Positions 9,654-17,850 of a stretch of 64,000 nt of DNA are shown one piece after another. Origin of the DNA: Candidatus Obscuribacteraceae bacterium (GTDB lineage: Bacteria; Cyanobacteriota; Vampirovibrionia; Obscuribacterales; Obscuribacteraceae). Each line of letters starts with the position of its first letter. Within the stretch, counting starts at the first letter, position 1. The stretch covers positions 64,001-128,000 of the forward strand of contig JBGASG010000002.1 in NCBI GenBank assembly GCA_044229845.1. The letters run 5' to 3'. The translations under genes were made by a program, and so were the position numbers. The notes beneath the pieces are model-generated. The model was given only the letters and a program-made list of their open reading frames with translations, ran no database searches and was not told where the DNA came from.

Positions 9654-10553
9654 TCAGGAAGCCATCTTCCTTTCGGGCAGGAACAGAACGGGCGGCTTGC
9701 CACTTTCCAAAAACTTGATCGTTCGCTGAATGTCGTCGGCTTTCATCTGCGAGTAGCTACTCGTTGAATCTCGCTCCCGGTGCAACCAGTCGATCGTGAT
9801 GCCGTTAGTTTGATAAAACTTCAACTGCTCCTTGAGCGCCTCGATCGTTTTGGGACTGGTGATTCCAGAGGCGGTCGCCACTTCGTTAACGTGCTTTTCG
9901 TGATAGGCTTCCATACCACCGACGGTGGCACGTTGTTCCGATTTGCGCTGCGCGAGAAGCGACTCGGCAACAGCCAACTTGCGCTCACCTAGCTGATCGG
10001 AAGCATGGCGATCACCGAGCAGTTCGCGCACCATTTGGTAACGCATCAGATAATCGAGCATCGCCGGATTTTTGCCTTCACCGGCTGCATCCAACTTGCC
10101 GAGCAACTGCTCGTATTCCTTAGCAGCATTTTCCAGAAATGGCTTGTCGAGCGCAATCGTGTTCGTCTTGCCGCTGGCAAAAGCACTGATCGCCGCCTCG
10201 ATTTTCTGCGCAGTAGCCGCATCGAGATTTTGAAATGGTGCATTGCGCTTTTGCATGATCTGGTCATACGTATCGACCATGTCGAGTCCCTGGTCGAACT
10301 TGCCGTCACGAAACGCCTCGTACACTTGCGTGAGTAACTTATCGGTATAGGCAGGCGCCATCATTTCCGGAGTGATGACCTTGCGGTCGCCCTCCATCAC
10401 CGAAACATTGGGCGCCACATCCAGCGTCTGCACCGCCCGATCGCCTCGCCGATCAGGCAGGGGTGGATTCTCAGGCGTAATCGCCGCTGCCGGCACGGGT
10501 CTGACCGGCGCCTCAATGCGCTCCAATTGGGTTGGGGGCTGATCGGTCACCAC
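9654..10553 (-). CDS. Hypothetical helical protein
   Basis: 299-aa ORF, GGAGG upstream of the GTG start; Pro-rich N-terminus, TPR-like helices. Confidence 0.6.
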   Translation of the reverse strand: MVTDQPPTQLERIEAPVRPVPAAAITPENPPLPDRRGDRAVQTLDVAPNVSVMEGDRKVITPEMMAPAYTDKLLTQVYEAFRDGKFDQGLDMVDTYDQIMQKRNAPFQNLDAATAQKIEAAISAFASGKTNTIALDKPFLENAAKEYEQLLGKLDAAGEGKNPAMLDYLMRYQMVRELLGDRHASDQLGERKLAVAESLLAQRKSEQRATVGGMEAYHEKHVNEVATASGITSPKTIEALKEQLKFYQTNGITIDWLHRERDSTSSYSQMKADDIQRTIKFLESGKPPVLFLPERKMAS

Positions 10554-10742
10554 GCCTGGATCCTCCCGTAACTGTCCCGACTGTACCAGAGGGGGCGGGC
10601 GTTTCTAATGTGCAAATCCACAGCTGGAAAGAAACGCCCAAACTTCCGTGCCCGTCAGGATTTAAGGCGACGGGGCGTTCCAGTCGAGGGGCGAAAAACG
10701 GAGGGTCGAGGGCGGCGGGTCGGGGCATATATAGAGGATGGG

Positions 10743-10784
10743 CTCTCCACACTTTTTCCACACTTAATCCACGACAGGGCCACA
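10743..10784. promoter_or_regulatory. Phased CCAC(A/G) array including a TTTTCCACA DnaA-box-like nonamer
   Basis: CCAC(A/G) at 10747, 10758, 10769, 10780 (exact 11-bp period) in a divergent intergenic region. Confidence 0.4.
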
Positions 10785-10913
10785 CGTTGCGGTTATCTTG
10801 TTGCCCTGAGGAATCGACGCCTCACTCCACCCACCCCCACTCACCCAGTCACTCGCGTCCACAACCATTGACCGAAGGCATCCCGCTGCCCACCTCCTTT
10901 CGAGGCATAGTTA

Positions 10914-13900
10914 ATGAGTCACGAGAACCAGCACAAAAATCTGCCCAACGATCAAGCCAAAGAGGGCGACAAGCAACCATCCATAACCAGCGCCAAGACT
11001 GCTAACGAAAACATTACCGCCGAGCCGCAGGCACCGAGCTATGAGGCGAAGTTTCACTCATTCTCGAGCAGCAGTGATAGCACTGCCACCACCAGTGATG
11101 ACCAACCTCTCCTCGACTTGATCAAACGAGTGACCGGCGGAGGAAACAATACAGAAAGCCAGGGAAGGGCGGTTTCGGAATTCGCCATCGAAGATGCGGC
11201 ACAGGGAGTGGTGCACACCCATCGCGGCGCCGAACGTCTCGGTGCACAAGCGGAGAAGGCAGCGACCGCCGAGCCCGCGCCGCGCCAGTCATTTCTGGAT
11301 GGCTTGAAGAAAATCTTCGACCACGCCTCGTCGCCGGAAGAGCGCGAGCAGATGCAGAGCGCGTTCTCAATTGATTACATGATGCGCAAAGCAAAAGAAT
11401 TCATCGGCGATGTGCAATCTCTGATCACCGGCAAACCTGTCGCTGTGGAGAAACTGCCATACGACCCCTCTACCGGTGCCGATGTGCAACCACTGCCGTT
11501 TCGTCCGGGAGAGAAGGACTCCCAGCCGGTGCCAATGATCATTCGCGAGCGCATGTCACCCGATGAACCGGAAGCCGCTCGCAGCCTGGGAGTGCAAATC
11601 ACTGAGGCTGTGATAAACGCAGCTGGTGCGGATGCATACAATCCGAGCACCGGCACGTTGCAGAATGACGCCGGCGGCGACACCGCCGAGGACAAATCAG
11701 CAGTGCCACCACGGCCGCCTCGTCCGGGAGAGGAGGACGCTCGCCAGCGGGAAGAAATGATAATCCGCCAGCAGATGTCACCAGGTCAAACCGAATCTCT
11801 TCGACTCGGTGGGCAATTCGCTCAAGCCGCAATCGATGCCACCGGCGCAAATGCATACAATCCGAACGCCGGCACATTGCCGATTGACTCCGCGGGGCGT
11901 CCGAGCACCGCCGAGGACAGATCAACAGTGCGACCACATCCGCCTCGTCCGGGAGAGGAGGACGCTCGGCGGGAGGAAATGATCATCCGCCAGCAGATGT
12001 CACCAGGCGAATCCGAAGCCCGTAGAGTCGGCGGGCAATTCGCTCAAGCCGCAATCGATGCCACCGGTGCACGACCATTCCGTCCGGGCATCGACGACGC
12101 CAAAGTCGAGACGCTGCCGTACAAACCCGGCGACAACGACCAGCCAGTACAACAAATAATTCGCGAACAGATCTCAGCTGACTTTCATGCAATCGGAGCA
12201 CTGGGAAACTCACTATCAGATTTCATAACTCAATCAGGCGACCGGATAGCAGGCGTTGTCCAAAGTGCACTGGACTATGCTCAGGATGGACACAAGAAGG
12301 GCGACAGCGCTCCCGCGAAAACCATTCCTCCCGATGGCAGCCTCCCGCAGTACGAAGCTGCACGCGGCGTGTTCCGCGAATACCTCAAGCATGCTTACTC
12401 GGGCGAGCCGGAGCTAACACACTGCATGGTTAAAGCCGGTTTACGGGAGACCGGGAGGTATGAGAAGCTTGTCGACATTGCAGACAATAATCTTCCCAAA
12501 TCAGCAACGCAGCAGCAGCAAGAAGCTTACGTGAAAGAGATCATTCGCGTAAATGGACTTAAACCGTCAGATGGATTTGCTCCACCTGACTCGGTGCTCT
12601 TGCTGCCTGGACACGATGGGAAAGGACACATCATTGTCAGCATCGGCGGACAGACCGTCACAACGGATCAGAGTAACACACGCGTAATCGATACCGGCGG
12701 ATTCCGCACTACAACCCTCACTTCTGATGGTGAACAACACGCAGGTCCAGGTCCATCAGACGGATTTTTTGTACAGAAGGACAAAAACGGCGCGAAACAT
12801 TTTTTTGAGAGACCAGGCAGCCGCGAATTACAGACGAGCGTTGAACCACACATTCAAGAAGCACATAAGCACCTTCTCGAACTGGCTGCCAAACGGATTT
12901 CAGACCCTGAGGACAGGCTGAAGTTCGAAGTAGATATGGCAAGATTCGAACAGCGGGCCGCCGATGCTCATCTGCCACCAAATTCAGTCGTCGATACCTA
13001 CAAAAACATCGAACGACTTCTCAGCGCAGACCACGGGGCGGGACACATCAATAAGCTGGCGATGATTGACCTGGCAGAAGAAGTGATGTCTCAGGCAGCG
13101 CGACCTCGAACTATCACCCAAGGAGGATTTAAAACTTGCCACGTGACGGCTATCGAGTACCACATGTACCGCTTCGACCCTGCTGAAGCATCCAGACTCG
13201 TCGCAGACGTTGCTTTGACAGGTAGGTTCAAATCATCAGACGGGACATCAATCGATTTCAATGATGGTGGCATTCTAGCAACCAACCTGAATACCAAAGA
13301 ACAGGGCACCGCAGATGGTGAACGGACCCTGGCTACCCAACTCTTCAACGGCACCACGGTAAATCTCGTTTATCAAAAGGAAGGTGGTGAGAAGAAGTAC
13401 GGTCTTGTTACACCCAACAGAAAGGACCATGGCGACTCCGGCGAGCGCCTCTTCGAAGACGGAGTAGAAATTGATCGTGACCCCGACCTGAATGACGATC
13501 AAGTCGTGAGAGCATACCGAATCCTGACTCAGCCGATACAAAAGGCTGGCTCACCGGAACCAGAAAGTGTCTGGAACCAATTACAACGTCGTCATGCTAG
13601 CCATGAGGAAATTGTCGAAACATTGAAGAAGAGTGAGTGTGTCTACATCTGCAACGCTGACCTTGCGACTGGCGACCGCAAACTGGTTGACTTGGTTCAC
13701 AGCGAAAAAGAATTCTGCTCGCTACTTCAGTGTCTTAAAGAAGCCGGTAAGCTTCCAGTGATGCTCGGAGTTCACACAGCCATTGAGCCCTTTTATACGG
13801 ACTCAGAAGGAGAAAAGCTCGGCGGTGCCGGAGGCCCACATGTTGTGACAATCACAAATTTCCAAAACCCACCAGGACTTGTCGCCATCGACAATCAATG

Positions 13901-14324
13901 GTTCTCGATGATGGATCACACATCTACTGACATCTCGCTGCACCAACTATACCTCTCAACCCTGGAGCCAAAAACGGCCTTAAGTGAGATGCAGCAAACC
14001 GCAAGTGCCAATCGCAACCGGAACCAGATTGATACCGAACTTGAGCTTGACATAGCACGTCTACGCCGTCGGACTGAACAAACCGACGATAGTGACTATG
14101 GATGGGATGTCGCAAAACTGATGAAGGAAGCAAAGCTTCGATGGGAAGAACAGAAGAAAAGCCACACGTTCAATCCAGCAGAACAGCAAAGGGCGCTGCG
14201 CAAGTTTAAGCTGATGAGATCAAATTGGCAAAAGGATTCAGAGCGAGCATTTGGCGAGGGCGATTTGAATAACTGGGATAGGATGATGAAACATGGACGC
14301 AAATCGATAAATGATCCGCAATAA
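10914..14324 (+). CDS. Repeat-containing LysM + papain/calpain-like cysteine peptidase protein
   Basis: LysM-like segment (LVDIADNNL...EIIRVNGL...VLLLPG); ITQGGFKTC (C742), GGPHVVTI (H976), IDNQW (N994); no signal peptide. Confidence 0.72.
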   Translation: MSHENQHKNLPNDQAKEGDKQPSITSAKTANENITAEPQAPSYEAKFHSFSSSSDSTATTSDDQPLLDLIKRVTGGGNNTESQGRAVSEFAIEDAAQGVVHTHRGAERLGAQAEKAATAEPAPRQSFLDGLKKIFDHASSPEEREQMQSAFSIDYMMRKAKEFIGDVQSLITGKPVAVEKLPYDPSTGADVQPLPFRPGEKDSQPVPMIIRERMSPDEPEAARSLGVQITEAVINAAGADAYNPSTGTLQNDAGGDTAEDKSAVPPRPPRPGEEDARQREEMIIRQQMSPGQTESLRLGGQFAQAAIDATGANAYNPNAGTLPIDSAGRPSTAEDRSTVRPHPPRPGEEDARREEMIIRQQMSPGESEARRVGGQFAQAAIDATGARPFRPGIDDAKVETLPYKPGDNDQPVQQIIREQISADFHAIGALGNSLSDFITQSGDRIAGVVQSALDYAQDGHKKGDSAPAKTIPPDGSLPQYEAARGVFREYLKHAYSGEPELTHCMVKAGLRETGRYEKLVDIADNNLPKSATQQQQEAYVKEIIRVNGLKPSDGFAPPDSVLLLPGHDGKGHIIVSIGGQTVTTDQSNTRVIDTGGFRTTTLTSDGEQHAGPGPSDGFFVQKDKNGAKHFFERPGSRELQTSVEPHIQEAHKHLLELAAKRISDPEDRLKFEVDMARFEQRAADAHLPPNSVVDTYKNIERLLSADHGAGHINKLAMIDLAEEVMSQAARPRTITQGGFKTCHVTAIEYHMYRFDPAEASRLVADVALTGRFKSSDGTSIDFNDGGILATNLNTKEQGTADGERTLATQLFNGTTVNLVYQKEGGEKKYGLVTPNRKDHGDSGERLFEDGVEIDRDPDLNDDQVVRAYRILTQPIQKAGSPEPESVWNQLQRRHASHEEIVETLKKSECVYICNADLATGDRKLVDLVHSEKEFCSLLQCLKEAGKLPVMLGVHTAIEPFYTDSEGEKLGGAGGPHVVTITNFQNPPGLVAIDNQWFSMMDHTSTDISLHQLYLSTLEPKTALSEMQQTASANRNRNQIDTELELDIARLRRRTEQTDDSDYGWDVAKLMKEAKLRWEEQKKSHTFNPAEQQRALRKFKLMRSNWQKDSERAFGEGDLNNWDRMMKHGRKSINDPQ
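11450..12190 (+). repeat. Intragenic ~220-bp (~74 aa) tandem repeats, 3-4 copies
   Basis: RPGEEDAR..EEMIIRQQMSPG...GGQFAQAAIDATGA recurs; cgtccggg at ~11502, 11721, 11946, 12081. Confidence 0.85.
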
Positions 14325-15009
14325 ATTGCCCAACCTTTTAATCGTGCTCCTCGCTTCAATCCTCTTGGTCCAATGCGGAACTCAAACCGCAACCGAAAAC
14401 AAGAAAAAAGGAAAAACCCAAGAAATGCCTCTGAAGCCTGCTCTCAAACACGGCATCGCAGGAGTCGGAGCGGTGAGCCGATTTAGAGTTCCGGACAACT
14501 GGGAATTGACCCGCCACGCAGAGGACGCGCGCGGCTACGGTTACACCTGGAAGCCACTCGGGGAAAAGGACGTCTCTCTCAATGTCTCGTGGGACGGCGG
14601 TATTGTGATGCGTCCTCAGCCAATTCAAGAAATTTTGACCCAGGCTCCGCACGCGTTATCACGCGAGGAAATTGAATCAATCAGGAATCTCCTGGGAGAA
14701 AGGGCGTCTGCCGAAGCTTTCAAGGTTGAAACAGCGAAGACCGAGGATGTTTCTGGATATCGCGTTCTGCGACTATCCGGAACTTACACTGATCAAGACG
14801 TCTACGAAGACACAATTTTTGTCAACTCAGGCGGTGATTGCAGCGGCTTCCAAGAGGTTTCTTTTCTCTCGCCTGCCGCCGATGCAGCGAAGTATCGCAA
14901 AGATGCGGATCAAGCGTTCTCTACTTTGAGAATTGAAGAGAGAGTTCCTGTTCCTAAAGATCCGGCAACCGACACCGCCGATGATACCAGCTCTGATTCA
15001 CCGATATAA
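14311..15009 (+). CDS. Exported (possible lipoprotein) PsbP/Mog1/DcrB-like domain protein
   Basis: Signal peptide ending LLVQC (atypical lipobox); FRVPDNW...GYRVLRLSGTY...QEVSFLSP...AFSTLRI pattern; overlaps the upstream gene by 14 nt. Confidence 0.65.
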   Translation: MIRNKLPNLLIVLLASILLVQCGTQTATENKKKGKTQEMPLKPALKHGIAGVGAVSRFRVPDNWELTRHAEDARGYGYTWKPLGEKDVSLNVSWDGGIVMRPQPIQEILTQAPHALSREEIESIRNLLGERASAEAFKVETAKTEDVSGYRVLRLSGTYTDQDVYEDTIFVNSGGDCSGFQEVSFLSPAADAAKYRKDADQAFSTLRIEERVPVPKDPATDTADDTSSDSPI

Positions 15010-15234
15010 CGGCACCACTGGCGCTACCAGTGAAGACGCCAGTTTGTTCCACTAATTCCGCCGCCTGCATCCGACTGCACATATGCGGTCTGTCCAAGCG
15101 CGCGACAGTTTCTTCGAAGCGAGTCCGACAATGCCAAGTAGAAGGAGCAAAGGCTTGCTTAACCTGCTGTCTGATGACAACGCATCACGGTATACTAGAA
15201 ATCCTGCTTTTAATTAGTTGGAGATGTGTCTGCA

Positions 15235-17829
15235 ATGGGTCGCGACGACGAGAAGCCGAGCAAGAAGAGCGACTCTTTAGTTGGCGGCTTCATGAAGAAG
15301 ACGCAGGGTTTCCTGAAGTCGGCGTTCCAGGGCGACAAGGCGGGTGGCGGCGCGGCGGCGGGGACCGGAAGCGGAGCCGCCGGTGCTTCGACAGCCGACC
15401 TCGACACAGACTCCGGCACGGGCGCCGCCCCGTCGGCAGATAGCGCGACCGCTGGAACAGTTGCGCAAGCCGAAGAAAAATCGGCATCCGGTGACAAACC
15501 GCAGAAAGGCGGTCTGTTGGGCGGCAAACTGCCCGGGCTCGGCGGCGGCAAGGACAAAGACAAGGACAAAGACAAGGACAAAGCCAGCGCCTCGGCAGAA
15601 ACGCTTGAAGACTGGGCAGGACTTCAAGAAGTCATCGATGAAAAGGTGCAAACCCAGGTTTACCAGGAGCAGTCCGAGTCTGCGTACACGGGCGAAAAGC
15701 CCCTCGCCAAGTCGTCCATCCCTCCCGGCACCTACGCAACCAAAGCCGGGGACACATTTTTATCCATCGCCGAACAACACCTCGGTCCCAAATCGAAAAA
15801 GCCCGACCGCGAGGCATACGCGCGAGAAATCCAGCTGATCAACGGATTGCCTCCGGGCAAAGAGCTGCCGCCCAGCCTGCCGCTGGTGCTGCCGGGACAC
15901 ACCAGGGATGGTGGCTTCGTGATTGCCGACGGCGCCAAAACAATCACCAAGTTCCCCAGCGGCGTCAAAGTTTTCGAAAACGAAGACGACCAGCGCAAAG
16001 GCACCCAGACTCCGGGCACAGACGGCAGCTACACCGAAGAACACACCGGTCCGGGCGCCGCCGACAACTATTTTGTTTCGAAGAACGCCGAAGGCGAGTT
16101 TCAGTATTCGGAGAAGTCCGCGAGCGAACCTTACCAACTGATTCAGGACGAAGCGGTGCAAGCCGCTCACCAGAAGTTGCGCGACCTCGCCGACAGGCAC
16201 ATCGTCGAGCAAGCCGAGAAAACCAAGTTCAACGTGGACATGGCGCGCTTCGAAGACCGGGCGACGAAACGAAACCTGGCCAACGCCGCCGTCATCGAGA
16301 CCTACAAACAGATTTCGCGCCTGCTGGAAGCTCCGGTTCCCGGCTTTGGCGATCGGGGGCTGCGCGCGCCCGTCAACAAACGGCTGCAACTGGCGCAAGA
16401 GTTGCTCGCTCAGTCGGCCGAGCCGAAGACTGTTTGTCAGGGCACTTTCAGCCGCGGTAGCCTGGCTGCCATCGAGCACCATGTCTACCTCGCCGATCCC
16501 GCGAAGATCTGCCGGTTGGTGGTCGACATCGCATTGACCGGAAAGTTCACCGCCACCGACGGCACCAGCCACACGATGTCGCCCGAGTCACTGGAGCCAC
16601 AGTCGCAGCCCAACACAGTTGAAGATGGCTTGCGTTCATTCGCCACGCAACTCTTCCAAGTTGCGATTGCCAACCTCGCGCATGAGAGCGTCGGCTTGCG
16701 CAACACGCCGCAGACCCAGGAAGGCGCCGACAAAAAATATTCCATCGAACCGCTCGATCGCTTGCTCGAACAAGACAACGGCGAGCGGCTTTACGACAAG
16801 GTCAACGGCAAGTGGGAATTGACGGGCGAATCGCCCGGGCTCGACGACGACAAGACAATCGGTTGCTACCTTCTGGTCATGGCCCGCGGCGGCGAGACCT
16901 ACAAAGCCGTCAACAGCACCGCCGAAATGATGAAGTGGTTGCCCGGTCGCACTGGCGTCGGTGTCATGATCGGACACGAAGACCACATCTTCGGATTCGG
17001 CAAATTGCTTGATACCATCAGCAGCGAACGCGACCTGATGTACAAAATCTCCGACATCTCAAAATCCAATCGCCTGCCGGTATTTATTAGAGTGCACACC
17101 GGCAACGAACCCTTCTTGTCCGAGTCGGGCAATCAAACCGCCGGCGGTGCAGGCAACTGGCACGTGCTGGCAATCACCTCATACGAACCGAGCGCTGACG
17201 GCAAGCCAGCTTCCGTCACCATCGACAATCCCTGGCGCGCACGTGCGGAACAACGCAGTGCGACTCTGACTCTGCCCGAATTGCACAAGTCCACCACCTT
17301 GCCTGAGAGAGTCGAGCCGGTATCCGGAAGCGCCGTTTCTAACCTCGGTGCAATCGAAAGCTTCACCGTCCCGGAAGGCTGGAACCTTGGGCGCCGCTCG
17401 GAGCGCGCCTACGGCTACATCTATGCATGGCAGCCGCAGGCACAGACAAACGTCTCACTCAACATCAGCTATCGCGGTCGCCCGCTTTCCGATGCCGATG
17501 CAGCCAAGTTAAAATCAACACTCTCCGGCGGACCGCGCACGCTCTCATCCCATGAAGTTCACGCTCTCAGTGGCACGGTCCGCGAACTGGCAAGCTCCTC
17601 TGCGTTCACTATCAACTCGGCCAAAGTCATCGACGTGGACGGCGTCGCAGCGCTGGAAGTCACCGGCGCATACAAAGATCAATATGTCGACAAGCACGCA
17701 CTGTTCATCAACGCCGACGGCGCCGGTCGCATTGTGCAAGAGATCTCATACATCGCACCGCGCGACAAATATGCAAACTTCGTCGCGACTGCAAAATCAG
17801 CACTGGCATCTCTAAAGCTGAAGAAGTAG
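15235..17829 (+). CDS. LysM + inactive papain-like domain + C-terminal PsbP/DcrB-like domain fusion
   Basis: TYATKAGDTFLSIAEQHL...INGL...LVLPG LysM; collinear paralogue of 10914..14324 with QGTFSRGS replacing QGGFKTCH; last ~160 aa align with the 14311 and 20676 products. Confidence 0.72.
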   Translation: MGRDDEKPSKKSDSLVGGFMKKTQGFLKSAFQGDKAGGGAAAGTGSGAAGASTADLDTDSGTGAAPSADSATAGTVAQAEEKSASGDKPQKGGLLGGKLPGLGGGKDKDKDKDKDKASASAETLEDWAGLQEVIDEKVQTQVYQEQSESAYTGEKPLAKSSIPPGTYATKAGDTFLSIAEQHLGPKSKKPDREAYAREIQLINGLPPGKELPPSLPLVLPGHTRDGGFVIADGAKTITKFPSGVKVFENEDDQRKGTQTPGTDGSYTEEHTGPGAADNYFVSKNAEGEFQYSEKSASEPYQLIQDEAVQAAHQKLRDLADRHIVEQAEKTKFNVDMARFEDRATKRNLANAAVIETYKQISRLLEAPVPGFGDRGLRAPVNKRLQLAQELLAQSAEPKTVCQGTFSRGSLAAIEHHVYLADPAKICRLVVDIALTGKFTATDGTSHTMSPESLEPQSQPNTVEDGLRSFATQLFQVAIANLAHESVGLRNTPQTQEGADKKYSIEPLDRLLEQDNGERLYDKVNGKWELTGESPGLDDDKTIGCYLLVMARGGETYKAVNSTAEMMKWLPGRTGVGVMIGHEDHIFGFGKLLDTISSERDLMYKISDISKSNRLPVFIRVHTGNEPFLSESGNQTAGGAGNWHVLAITSYEPSADGKPASVTIDNPWRARAEQRSATLTLPELHKSTTLPERVEPVSGSAVSNLGAIESFTVPEGWNLGRRSERAYGYIYAWQPQAQTNVSLNISYRGRPLSDADAAKLKSTLSGGPRTLSSHEVHALSGTVRELASSSAFTINSAKVIDVDGVAALEVTGAYKDQYVDKHALFINADGAGRIVQEISYIAPRDKYANFVATAKSALASLKLKK

Positions 17830-17850
17830 ATTACGCCTGCGGGCTTACTG

